Origin: Myxococcota bacterium
Lineage (GTDB): Bacteria; Myxococcota; JACRCW01
NCBI GenBank assembly: GCA_040752415.1
Contig: JBFMGU010000070.1
Coordinates: forward strand, 1 to 42,132
DNA length: 42,132 nucleotides
Direction: 5' to 3'
Shown here: in pieces, positions 1-8,890 of the stretch
Layout: each line of letters opens with the position of its first letter
How positions within the stretch are numbered: position 1 is the stretch's first letter
The notes under the pieces: model-generated
What the model was told of the DNA's origin: nothing
The model's input: only the letters and a program-made list of their open reading frames with translations
Databases searched by the model: none
Program-made: the position numbers and the translations under genes

Positions 1-137
1 TGCCGCCGGGGAACCTGGTGCAGCGGGTGGCCGTGGTGACGGGGTCGGGCCTGGGCGGCGCGGCGCTGTGGGTTGTGGGGGTGGTGCTTCTCGTCGGAGG
101 CGTGGCGTTGGTCGTGGGTGGCGTGGCGTTGCGGTAG
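1..137 (+). CDS. 3' end of a membrane protein truncated by the window start
   Basis: Frame from nt 3 reads PPGNLVQRVAVVTGSGLGGAALWVVGVVLLVGGVALVVGGVALR then TAG at 135-137; hydrophobic Gly-rich C-terminal helix; convergent with next gene. Confidence 0.6.
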   Translation, partial: PPGNLVQRVAVVTGSGLGGAALWVVGVVLLVGGVALVVGGVALR

Positions 138-151
138 CGACGTCGACGGAC

Positions 152-1435
152 CTAGCCCTCAAGCGCCCTCGCCGGGTCCACCCGCGCCGCCTCACGTGCT
201 GGGGGCCACGCTCCTGCCAACGCGCTGATCAACGCCGCCGCCAGCGCGCCTCCGAGCAGCCACGGCGGGAACTGGAAGAACGTCTCGGGCCAGAATGGGA
301 ACCTCGGGAGATATTTCTCCGCGAGCAGGTCACACGCCCATCCGCCCGCCACGCCCATCACCAACCCCAACACCGCGGCCCCGCCCCCGACGAGAAGCGC
401 CTCCGCCAGGATGAGGCTGCGGATGTCCTTCCGCCTCGCCCCCACGGCGCGCATGAGCCCCAGCTCCTTCCGCCGGGATTGCACCCGCGCCTTCAACGTC
501 TGCGCCACATTGAACGCCGCCACGACGAGGATCAGCACCGCCACCAACATCCACGTGAGCATCAGCGCCGTGATGAAGTACCCCGCGAACTTGGCGTTCT
601 GCTCCACCACGTAACCCATGGCCTCCGCGGTCTTGGAGATCGTCGAGAGGCTCGCGCCATCCTCCGCCACCACGTACGCGCTCGCGTAACCCTTGGGCGT
701 CTCCGCGAACTGCTTGTTCCATCTCTCGACGGTGGCGCGCGGCACGGTGATCCCGAGCAGCATGGCCTTGTCGCTGACGCCCACCACCTGCACCGTCACG
801 CGTTGCCCGCCGGAGGTCTTCCCGCTGCTGTAGGACTCATTGAGCACGAGGGTGAACGCAAACCCCATCACCGCCTCGGGGTTGAGTCCCGGCACTCCCA
901 GTGAAGGCGCCACGGCGCGATTGAACAGCTCCAGCAGCTGCGTGCTGACGACGGCGGGAATGGGCCCTTCAGTGGTGTCCCTGAACACCGTTCCCGGCGG
1001 CAGGTCCTCCTGCAGGAACTCCACGTCGACACCGCTGGCGAAGACGTCGGTGTACACGTCGCGCCCCACCAGGCTCTTGCCGCCTTGCGCACGCATGGGA
1101 AACACCGCCGCCACGCGCGGATGCACCGCCTTCACACCGGGCGTGGTGCGCAGCGCCTCCACGGCGTTCTCGTCGAGGGTGCGCATCAGGAGCTCACTGC
1201 CCTCGAAGCGCAGGAACCCCACGGGCAGCCCGCCCTTCGGCCTCACCTCGATGGTGCTCACTGGGAGCCGCGCCAACGCCTTCTTCAGCACGCCGTCCTT
1301 CACGCCCAGTCCCAGCGCGCCAAAGAAGACCAGCGCGGCCAGTCCCAGCGCAATCCCCAGCGCGCCACCCAGGAGGGCCCGCGTTCCTCGTCGGGCGTCC
1401 TCCATCACGCTTTCCCACAACGCGGACCAGGTCAT
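152..1435 (-). CDS. ABC transporter permease, MacB/FtsX family
   Basis: N-terminal TM helix, large periplasmic loop, C-terminal 3-TM FtsX-like domain with RRKELGLMRAVGA...IRSLILAEA and PAREAARVDPARAL motifs; ATGA overlap with the ATPase gene. Confidence 0.92.
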   Translation of the reverse strand: MTWSALWESVMEDARRGTRALLGGALGIALGLAALVFFGALGLGVKDGVLKKALARLPVSTIEVRPKGGLPVGFLRFEGSELLMRTLDENAVEALRTTPGVKAVHPRVAAVFPMRAQGGKSLVGRDVYTDVFASGVDVEFLQEDLPPGTVFRDTTEGPIPAVVSTQLLELFNRAVAPSLGVPGLNPEAVMGFAFTLVLNESYSSGKTSGGQRVTVQVVGVSDKAMLLGITVPRATVERWNKQFAETPKGYASAYVVAEDGASLSTISKTAEAMGYVVEQNAKFAGYFITALMLTWMLVAVLILVVAAFNVAQTLKARVQSRRKELGLMRAVGARRKDIRSLILAEALLVGGGAAVLGLVMGVAGGWACDLLAEKYLPRFPFWPETFFQFPPWLLGGALAAALISALAGAWPPAREAARVDPARALEG

Positions 1436-2157
1436 GACACCTTCACTCCCGTTCCGTTGTGCGTCCCATTGATGCGCCGCGGCTCCACCTGCGCTTCCCC
1501 GTCGACAAGCCGGACCGTGCGGTGCGCCAGCTCGGCAATGCGCTCGTCGTGGGTGACCAGCAGGACCGCGGCTCCGGCGCCCAGCGTCAGCTCGCGGAAC
1601 ACCTTCAGCACGTCGTCAGCGGTGGTCCGGTCCAGGTTTCCGGTGGGCTCGTCGGCCAGGAGCAGGCGCGGTCCCATCACCAGCGCGCGCGCAATGGCCA
1701 CCCGCTGCCGCTCGCCGCCGCTCAGCGACGTGGGCGTCTGGTTGGCCCGGTCCGCCAGGCCCACCGACTTCAGCAGGTCCATTCCGCGCGTGCGCGCCAG
1801 CTCCTGTTCTTCCTTCGTGGCAAAGCGCGCGGGGAGCGTGACGTTGCGCAGCAGCGTGAGGTGCTCCACGAGGTGGAACGCCTGGAAAACCATCCCGACG
1901 GTGCGCAGTCGCAGGGCGGAGCGTGCGTCGTCATCCAGCGCGCGGAGATCCTGTCCGGCGACGTGGACTTCCCCCTGGAACTCCGTGTCCAGCCCGCCCA
2001 CGACGTTGAGCAGCGTGCTCTTTCCCGATCCGCTGCGGCCGCACACCGCCACCATCTCACCGGGATGCGCCTCGAGGGTGAGGCCCTGGAAGAGCTGGCG
2101 CGACGGAGCGCCCACCTGCTTCCCCAGCCCGCGAACGCGCAGCACCGGTTCCATCAC
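1432..2157 (-). CDS. ABC transporter ATP-binding protein, LolD/MacB-like
   Basis: Walker A GRSGSGKST, signature LSGGERQRVAIARAL, Walker B LLLADEPTGNLD, VTHD switch. Confidence 0.96.
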   Translation of the reverse strand: MMEPVLRVRGLGKQVGAPSRQLFQGLTLEAHPGEMVAVCGRSGSGKSTLLNVVGGLDTEFQGEVHVAGQDLRALDDDARSALRLRTVGMVFQAFHLVEHLTLLRNVTLPARFATKEEQELARTRGMDLLKSVGLADRANQTPTSLSGGERQRVAIARALVMGPRLLLADEPTGNLDRTTADDVLKVFRELTLGAGAAVLLVTHDERIAELAHRTVRLVDGEAQVEPRRINGTHNGTGVKVS

Positions 2158-3809
2158 GGCGTTCCCGTCTTGAGCGGCACGCTGATCACCCCGCGCACGG
2201 CTCCGTCGACAGGATGCATCTCCAGCACCACCTCACCCACGCGCCCCATCATCCCGCGCGCCTTCTGGAGGAAGTTGCGGATCATGAGCGCGTCCGCGTC
2301 GGTGCCCAGGTTTCCCGCCAGGACCTCGTCGACACGCTGGGTGGCCGCGGGCATGCGGATGACCAGCGCGCTCCCACCGTTGCCCAGCGCTTCGCTCCCG
2401 TCGGCGGCGAGAACCACGTTGGCCTTCTCCCCCGAGCGCAACCGCTTGAGCGCGGAGTGGAACCGCTGCGCCGCACCACCACCCACCAGAACCTGCTCCC
2501 CCACGACGGCAATCCGGTAGCTGCGCCACACCTCTCCGCCGGGAAGCTCGCCCACGGTGACCGTCTTGTCGTCGGGAGCGGGGCCCACGGTCATGCCGCG
2601 CTTCTTCATCCGCTCGGTGATCGCCAACACCAGCGCGTCCGCCGTGGTGCCCGCCTTGGGCCGCATCACGACGACAAACGGCAGCATCCGCAGCAGCTCC
2701 CGACGGGGATTGGCCTTCCCGGACACCATCGCCATCAGTTCGGCGGCGTCGGTCAGATACATCGCGCCGGCCAGGTGTCCGTCGGTGAGGGCCAGGAGAT
2801 CCTCGTCGACCTCGAGCCCCACCTGGCGCGCCTGGCCCTTGAGCCGGTCCACGCTGCCCGGATCCACCGACGACGCAATCTCCTTCACGCGCTCCGCCAC
2901 CAGGTGCCCCTGGCCCAGCACCAGCGCATCCTCGTCGACGAGCGAGAGCACCGCGGGCGCCTTCCCCGACGGGAACAGCGCCGCCATCACCGCGTCCCTG
3001 CGCTCATCCTGCAGCGCCGCGTGCAGCGTGATCTTCAGCCCCTGCGCGCCCAGCGCCACGCCGCCCAGCACGTGCTTGAGCGTCCGCTCGGCGATCTTGC
3101 CCTCGTTCCCCGCGCCGGACGCACCGCGCGTCTCGACGAGAAACCGCACCGGTACTCCCGGAACCAGCGTCTCCGCGCTCTTCACCAGCGGATGCCCGTG
3201 CAGCGACTCACCCGGCTTGAGCGCCAGCACGCGCGCCAACCGGGCCGCGCCTTCCTTGTCGGCGGACACCAGCAGGTGTGTGCCCACCACCGCGGCGGAC
3301 ATCACCGGGATCTCCCGCGAGCCGAAGGGCCGCGCGTACGTCGTCACCAGACCACCGGGGACCTGCTCCTGCTTCACCTTGTCCGCGCGCTCCATCTGCG
3401 CCGCCAGTCGCGCCATGGTGTCCAACGCCACCTTCGCGTCGACGACGGTGAGCACCATCACGCCCTGCCCGCCCGGCTCCAGCCCCAGCGCGAACGCACC
3501 GGCGGGATCCAGGCCCGCGGCCTTCAGTCCCTCGGCGGTGAACGGGTCAAACCCCAGGCGCGCGGAGATGTCGCGGGCCACGTCGGGAACGTTGCTTCCC
3601 GGCGCGGCGCTTCCCGGTCCCTGCAGCGCGCCCGCCAGGCCCTTCACACCAGCGGTGGCCTCCAGCAGCGAGGGGCCGAACAGCACCACGGTGGTGCTTG
3701 CCGGCAGGTGGGACATGACGTCGGGCGGCGTCGCCACTTCCTTGCGACACGCCACGTGCAGCGCCAACAGCGCCAGGAGGGGGATGAGGAGTTTGCGAGC
3801 GAGGTTCAT
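2154..3809 (-). CDS. Hypothetical lipoprotein coupled to the ABC transporter
   Basis: From ATG 3809: MNLARKLLIPLLALLALHVAC signal peptide ending in Cys; G/C-ending codons; stop overlaps the ATPase start; start uncertain (3809 or 3815). Confidence 0.78.
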   Translation of the reverse strand: MNLARKLLIPLLALLALHVACRKEVATPPDVMSHLPASTTVVLFGPSLLEATAGVKGLAGALQGPGSAAPGSNVPDVARDISARLGFDPFTAEGLKAAGLDPAGAFALGLEPGGQGVMVLTVVDAKVALDTMARLAAQMERADKVKQEQVPGGLVTTYARPFGSREIPVMSAAVVGTHLLVSADKEGAARLARVLALKPGESLHGHPLVKSAETLVPGVPVRFLVETRGASGAGNEGKIAERTLKHVLGGVALGAQGLKITLHAALQDERRDAVMAALFPSGKAPAVLSLVDEDALVLGQGHLVAERVKEIASSVDPGSVDRLKGQARQVGLEVDEDLLALTDGHLAGAMYLTDAAELMAMVSGKANPRRELLRMLPFVVVMRPKAGTTADALVLAITERMKKRGMTVGPAPDDKTVTVGELPGGEVWRSYRIAVVGEQVLVGGGAAQRFHSALKRLRSGEKANVVLAADGSEALGNGGSALVIRMPAATQRVDEVLAGNLGTDADALMIRNFLQKARGMMGRVGEVVLEMHPVDGAVRGVISVPLKTGTP

Positions 3810-3894
3810 GGGCATGGGGTCCAGGCGGCCTGACACGTGGGACGCACGGGCAGGCGGGGGCATTCAGTAGCCTCCGGCCCATGGTTCCGCCGGT

Positions 3895-4926
3895 CTAGCC
3901 ACCCACGCCGGTCATGATGACCTGGGGGGCCTGGCCGTGGCCCTGTTCCGTGAACGCGTGCTGGGTCTTGCCCGCCAACGCCAGCTCCAGCATCTGCGTG
4001 AGCTGCTCGTCGGTGGCGCCGCTGCGCAGGATGTCCCGCAGGCTCACCCCGTCGGGGGAGGCCAGGCAGGCGCGGATTTCACCCTTGGCGGTGAGGCGCA
4101 CGCGGTCGCACACGTCGCAGAACGCGTTGGACACCGCCGTGATGAACCCCACGCGACCTCCACCCTTGAGCGGCAGGTAGAACGCAGGCCCGCGATCATG
4201 CGGCCGCTCCGGCGTGGCCTCGTCGACGAGATCCCCCAGCCGCGCGCGCGTCTCCTCCCACGGCACCAGCTGGTCCATGATGGCCGCGCCCTCACCCAGC
4301 GGCATGAGCTCGATGAACCGCGGCGTGAGTCCGTGGTCGCGCGCCCATTCCGTGATGGCCCGCACCTCGTCCAGGTTCTCGTGGCGCAGCACCACCGTGT
4401 TGGTCTTCAGCTCCGTGAATCCGGCGTCCTGCGCGGCCTTGATGCCGTCGAGCACCGTCGGGAGCGAGCCACCGCGGGTGATGGCGGCAAAACGCGCGGG
4501 GTCCAGGCTGTCGACGGAGATGTTGATGCGCCGCAGCCCCGCCTGACGCAATGGCACCGCGAAGCGGGACAGCAGGCTGCCGTTCGTCGTCAGCGCCAGG
4601 TCCAGCTCGGGAATCTCCGTCGTCAATGCGCGACACAGCTCCACCAGGCTCTTGCGCAGCAGCGGCTCTCCGCCGGTCAGGCGCACCGTGCGCACACCGT
4701 TGGCGTGGAACGCGCGCACCACGCGCACCATCTCCTCGAACGTGAGCACCTCGTCACGCGGGCTGCCCTGGTAGCCGGTGGGCATGCAGTAGACGCAGGC
4801 CATGTCACAGCGGTCGGTGACGCTCATGCGCAAGTAGCGCACCCGTCGGCCGCGACCGTCCGTGACGCCGGTACCGCACACCACGTCGTCGGCGGGCTGG
4901 GTGGTGAGGATGCGCAGGCTGCTCAT
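3895..4926 (-). CDS. moaA: GTP 3',8-cyclase (molybdenum cofactor biosynthesis)
   Basis: YLRMSVTDRCDMACVYC radical-SAM motif, RLTGGEPLLR, RFIELMP, C-terminal CDVCDRVRLTAKG..AC cluster motif and terminal GG. Confidence 0.97.
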   Translation of the reverse strand: MSSLRILTTQPADDVVCGTGVTDGRGRRVRYLRMSVTDRCDMACVYCMPTGYQGSPRDEVLTFEEMVRVVRAFHANGVRTVRLTGGEPLLRKSLVELCRALTTEIPELDLALTTNGSLLSRFAVPLRQAGLRRINISVDSLDPARFAAITRGGSLPTVLDGIKAAQDAGFTELKTNTVVLRHENLDEVRAITEWARDHGLTPRFIELMPLGEGAAIMDQLVPWEETRARLGDLVDEATPERPHDRGPAFYLPLKGGGRVGFITAVSNAFCDVCDRVRLTAKGEIRACLASPDGVSLRDILRSGATDEQLTQMLELALAGKTQHAFTEQGHGQAPQVIMTGVGG

Positions 4927-5054
4927 GGCTTCCCTTTATACCGGGCCAAGCCTCACTGAAAGGCGCGGGTCGATCCGGCTGGGCAGGAACGGCGTATTGC
5001 CCCCGTGGGGCTTGCGGTATCGTGCCGCCACCTTCCTCCTGCCGGAATGGACCC

Positions 5055-7313
5055 ATGACCTCTACGCACACCCGACTTGCGCTCGTGTCCGCCCTTGCGC
5101 TGGCGGCCGCCTGTCCCAACACCTGCAACAACGGCACCCCCGACGCGGGCCCCATCCCCCAGGGCGGCGGCTCGGGCGTGATCAAGATTGACGGCGAGGC
5201 CAAGAACTACCGGGTGGCGACGGACCGCACGCGTCTGCTCATCCTGAGCCGTCGTGCCTCGGGCGCGGGCTGCAGCATCTTCCATCACCACGCCGTGGCC
5301 TCCCTCTCGACGTTGTTCGAGTTCACGCTGGACAAGGACGCACCGGGAACGTCGACGCTGACGGCGCGCGTGCCCGCGGTGGGCCTGGACCCGGACAAGC
5401 CGGAGTACCGCCAGGTCTTCGAGGCGACGCGCCAGGCCGACGCCGAGGGCGAGACCCCTTCAGAGAGCGACCGCGACGACATCAAGGTCAGCGTGCTGGA
5501 GCAGGTGGACGCGGACCGCCATCCCATCCTCACCTTCCAGGCCCACGACCTCTCCACGCTGGATGGATCAGGCACCTCGCGTGTCGACGTCACCATCCGT
5601 GGCATCAGCCAGACCATCGACTTCCCGGCCACCGCGAGCTGGAGCGGTGACGTGCTCACCATCACCGGCAACGCGCCCCTCTCCGGCTCACCGCACGGGA
5701 TGCCGGTGGGCTCGCTCAAGGACTGCATTGACCCCAACATGCAGCTGGACATGGTGCTGGTGCTGGAGCCGGGTGAGGCGCCGCCGGTGGAGGAACCGGA
5801 CGCGGGCCCGCCCTACGTGCAGCAGCTCTTCCCCGACGACGGCAGTTGCGGCACGGTGAACTACGCCTCGGTGCGCGCCATCCTGGACAAGCACTGCGTG
5901 GGCTGTCACCGCGAGCCGCCCGCGCGCGGAGCCTCCGTCCCGCTCATGGACCTCACCCGGCACCTGCGCGCCGACACGCGTCGCAACCAGGGCGAACCGC
6001 TGTTCCACGACGTGGCGCGACGCGTCCAGGATGGCAACAGCGCTGCCATGCCTCCGCCGCTCGACGGTGACCCGCTCACCCAGGCCGAGATCGACACCAT
6101 TGTGCTGTGGGCCAACGAGGGCGGTCATGGCTGCGGCTACGACGGCGGGATGCCCGCGCGCACGCCCATCACGCCGCGCACCTGCGGCGACGAGGCCGTG
6201 GCCTGGACCAACGACGTGGAGAACATCTTCAAGCTGCCCATCAGCAATCCGGACCAGGAGGCGGAAGGTCGCGCGCCCACGGCGTGCACGGACTGCCACT
6301 TCGGCGCCGGCGACGATGGCGCCCTGCCTCCGCTGGATACCTACGCGGCGGGCCTGGAGCTGGCGCAGCACCCCTATTACCAGCCGCTGACGTTGTGGGA
6401 AGCCTCGCTGCTGCGCATGGAGGACATGACCATGCCGCCGGGCGTGGACTTCGAGGGTCACCTCTACGTCGACGTCACGCAGGACGACATCGACCGCGTG
6501 CGCGAGTGGATCCGCCAGGGCATGCCGGAGAATCCCATCCCGGACCTCCAACCCTGTGACCAGCCCGACGCCGGTCCCCCAGGCGACGCCGGTCCCCCCA
6601 GCGACGCGGGTCCGGTCACCGACGCGGGTCCCGTCGACGCGGGCCCGCCCGGTCCCATTGAGAGCGTGCGCGTGCTGGCCCCCAACGGCGGTGAGACGCT
6701 CTCCGGGCAGATCACCGTGACGTGGGAGACCACCGGCCAGGGCAATACGGCCACGGTGGGGCTCATCTTTGGCGGCGTGAATTCGCCGGTGAACATCAGC
6801 GCGGTGGACATCCCCAACACCGGCAGCTTCACGTTCGACAGCACGCAGCCCGTCAACGGGAGCATCAACATCTGGGACGGCACCGACTACAAGGTCCGCG
6901 TCTCGGTGAAGGGCCCCAACGCCGACGGCGGCATCGTCACCAAGCGCGACGACAGCAACGCCCCCTTCACCATCGACAACGGCGGCCGTTACGGCACCAC
7001 CTACCGCTACGACAGCGCGGCCAACGCCGCCGACAACATCAAGCCGCTGATCGACGCGTACTGCGCGGACTGCGGCACGCAATTCACCGGCTGCATCAGC
7101 TGCCACAACGACCCGCCGACGGAAGGCGCGCCGTTCCAGCTCACCCAGTACGGCCGCAACGACGCGGGCGCGGGCGGCGTGTACTTCAACCGCGTGCGCG
7201 TCAAGAACTCCATTGAGAGCAACTTCATGCCGCTGCAGCCCGACGCGCCGGACATGACGGCCGAGGACGCGCAGAAGGTCATTGACTGGGCCAACGGCGG
7301 CGCGCCGCGCTGA
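5055..7313 (+). CDS. Lipoprotein with YceI-like domain, three c-type cytochrome domains and an Ig-like domain
   Basis: Signal peptide LALAAAC; YceI-like segment (HHHAV...VDADRHPILTF...VTIRGISQTIDF); CVGCH, CTDCH, CISCH each followed by MP and a ..W..G helix; DAGP linkers; VRVLAPNGGE Ig-like start. Confidence 0.85.
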   Translation: MTSTHTRLALVSALALAAACPNTCNNGTPDAGPIPQGGGSGVIKIDGEAKNYRVATDRTRLLILSRRASGAGCSIFHHHAVASLSTLFEFTLDKDAPGTSTLTARVPAVGLDPDKPEYRQVFEATRQADAEGETPSESDRDDIKVSVLEQVDADRHPILTFQAHDLSTLDGSGTSRVDVTIRGISQTIDFPATASWSGDVLTITGNAPLSGSPHGMPVGSLKDCIDPNMQLDMVLVLEPGEAPPVEEPDAGPPYVQQLFPDDGSCGTVNYASVRAILDKHCVGCHREPPARGASVPLMDLTRHLRADTRRNQGEPLFHDVARRVQDGNSAAMPPPLDGDPLTQAEIDTIVLWANEGGHGCGYDGGMPARTPITPRTCGDEAVAWTNDVENIFKLPISNPDQEAEGRAPTACTDCHFGAGDDGALPPLDTYAAGLELAQHPYYQPLTLWEASLLRMEDMTMPPGVDFEGHLYVDVTQDDIDRVREWIRQGMPENPIPDLQPCDQPDAGPPGDAGPPSDAGPVTDAGPVDAGPPGPIESVRVLAPNGGETLSGQITVTWETTGQGNTATVGLIFGGVNSPVNISAVDIPNTGSFTFDSTQPVNGSINIWDGTDYKVRVSVKGPNADGGIVTKRDDSNAPFTIDNGGRYGTTYRYDSAANAADNIKPLIDAYCADCGTQFTGCISCHNDPPTEGAPFQLTQYGRNDAGAGGVYFNRVRVKNSIESNFMPLQPDAPDMTAEDAQKVIDWANGGAPR
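6566..6655 (+). repeat. Coding tandem repeat (DAGP units, ~15-18 nt)
   Basis: gacgc(c/g)gg(t/c)cc repeated five times: PDAGPPGDAGPPSDAGPVTDAGPVDAGPP. Confidence 0.8.
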
Positions 7314-7322
7314 CGTCGTCAT

Positions 7323-7361
7323 CACGCGGTGTGCGGCGCTGCTTCCGTCGCGCACCGCGTG
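7323..7361. terminator. GC-rich hairpin between convergent genes
   Basis: CACGCGGTGTGCGGCG / CGTCGCGCACCGCGTG 16-bp stem with two G-U pairs and a 7-nt loop; no U-tract. Confidence 0.55.
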
Positions 7362-7364
7362 GGT

Positions 7365-7871
7365 TCACCCCTTGGGGCGGCGCGCCCGCCACAACCCCGT
7401 GAACACGGCCACCTGCTGACCCGTCTTCTTGTCGGTGAGCACGCTCTCCAGCGTCACCGACGGGTTCTCTCCCCGCGCCAGTGCCTCGGCCACGTGCTCG
7501 CGGAAGTTGGGGGGCAGCGTGCAGCGCGCCTGCACCGTCCCCTTGGCCTTGGCGGTGTACTCGATGGAGAGCCGCTGGATGATGATCTCCGCGCCGAGCT
7601 TCCCCGCGTTGGCGAGGATCAGCAGGCCCTGCGCGTATTCTCCGACGGTGACGAGGACGGCGGCGTGCATGCTGCCCAGGTGATTGGCCACCGCGCGACG
7701 CAGCGCCACTTCGGTGACCACCTCGTCCTCACTGAGCTTGATGACGCGCGGCTTGACGGAGGCGTTGAACGGCACCACCTGCCAGAGCGCGCGGTCCAGG
7801 ACGCTGCGCCCCTTGGGGAGACGGGATGCCTTGTTGAACCAGCTGACCAGGTCGACCTTGGGAAGTGCCAT
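7365..7871 (-). CDS. Hot-dog fold thioesterase-like protein (PaaI/DUF4442-like)
   Basis: VPFN...NHLGSMHAAVL...E and LSIEYTAKAKG motifs; start 7871 or 7883. Confidence 0.85.
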   Translation of the reverse strand: MALPKVDLVSWFNKASRLPKGRSVLDRALWQVVPFNASVKPRVIKLSEDEVVTEVALRRAVANHLGSMHAAVLVTVGEYAQGLLILANAGKLGAEIIIQRLSIEYTAKAKGTVQARCTLPPNFREHVAEALARGENPSVTLESVLTDKKTGQQVAVFTGLWRARRPKG

Positions 7872-7904
7872 GTCCGGCGCCATAGCACGCGCCGCGGGCC
7901 GCCC

Positions 7905-8561
7905 TCACTGCTTCGCGAAGTCCAGAACTCGCTGCTTCAATGAGGTGCGAAATGCATCCAACTCGTCGAGAAACTCGGGTGACATGCCCAAGGCGCGCCC
8001 GGCGGACTTCAGCGGGAACTCCTCCAGCAGCCACGCCAGCGTCAGCGGAGAGAACCCACCATCCTTCTTCGGCGCATCTTCAAGTGCTCGCTGCAGGTCG
8101 CCACCCGCCCGGAGCAATGCGCGGATGTCGACGAGGTCTCTCACCTCCGAACGACTCATCAACGCGGTGAGCTTGTTCACCAGGATTTCGTGCGGCGTGT
8201 CGACGAGGATCTGGCTGTCTTCCAACACCTTGTCCTGCGGAGCTTCCACCACCGGAGCAGGGTCGGCGACGAGGTCAAGCACCACCGTGTCACCGTCATC
8301 CCGGACCTCGAGCCTGCAAAACGTGGTGGCCCGCTGCACGTGGGTCACCGACATTCCCGCTTGCGTCAGACAAGCTTCGACCTCTCCCGGCAGCTCCGCG
8401 AGCACTGGGCGCCCGTGCCAGAAGAGGTCGAGGTCCCGCGTGGTGCGGTGCCCCAGGTACACGCCGGCCAACGCAGCGCCGCCCGTCAGCGTCCAACGCG
8501 GATTCACTGACGAGAGGACCTGGAGGACACGGCGCTGAAGCGGAGTCAGCGTCGAGTTCAT
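7905..8561 (-). CDS. Nucleotidyltransferase, AbiEii/AbiGii (DUF1814) toxin family
   Basis: LTGGAALAGVYLGHRTTRDLDLF, NKLTALMSR, RDLVD motifs; ATG 8561 overlaps the upstream stop (ATGA). Confidence 0.9.
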   Translation of the reverse strand: MNSTLTPLQRRVLQVLSSVNPRWTLTGGAALAGVYLGHRTTRDLDLFWHGRPVLAELPGEVEACLTQAGMSVTHVQRATTFCRLEVRDDGDTVVLDLVADPAPVVEAPQDKVLEDSQILVDTPHEILVNKLTALMSRSEVRDLVDIRALLRAGGDLQRALEDAPKKDGGFSPLTLAWLLEEFPLKSAGRALGMSPEFLDELDAFRTSLKQRVLDFAKQ

Positions 8562-8851
8562 GCGCGCTGACCCCACGCATCCAGCAACCAGCGCCAGAAC
8601 GGCCGCTTCTCGCCCAGGTACCGCTCCAGGCGGGGCCACAGCTCCCTCATTTCCTCGAGCGAGACGAACGAGAACACGTCGTCAGGCTTGGCCTGCCTCA
8701 TCAGCTTCCCGACGAGATAGGCCTTGGCTTCGACGTCATTGGGATGGCGGAGCCGGGACTGGAACTCCTCCAACGTCATCTCCACGTCCCACAGGAAATA
8801 GGGGCGGCCGCGTTGGTCGACGAGCTTGTCGGGAGGAGTCTTCGCCAACAT
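8558..8851 (-). CDS. Small protein, putative antitoxin partner of the nucleotidyltransferase
   Basis: 97 aa, RPYFLWD motif, Trp-rich C-terminal helix; translationally coupled upstream of the toxin-family gene. Confidence 0.8.
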   Translation of the reverse strand: MLAKTPPDKLVDQRGRPYFLWDVEMTLEEFQSRLRHPNDVEAKAYLVGKLMRQAKPDDVFSFVSLEEMRELWPRLERYLGEKRPFWRWLLDAWGQRA

Positions 8852-8866
8852 GAGGGCAGTGTACCA
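8852..8866 (-). promoter_or_regulatory. Extended -10 element, probable leaderless promoter of the TA pair
   Basis: Minus strand TGgTACACT then 6 nt then ATG 8851; no Shine-Dalgarno. Confidence 0.55.
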
Positions 8867-8890
8867 GCCCTCGTGGGACCGGGCACTCCT

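Noticed and set aside
4927..5054. Moco riboswitch upstream of moaA
   Set aside because: Only a modest hairpin; I cannot see the GNRA-capped multi-stem pattern of the motif, and the short gap is shared with a divergent gene. An Rfam scan would settle it
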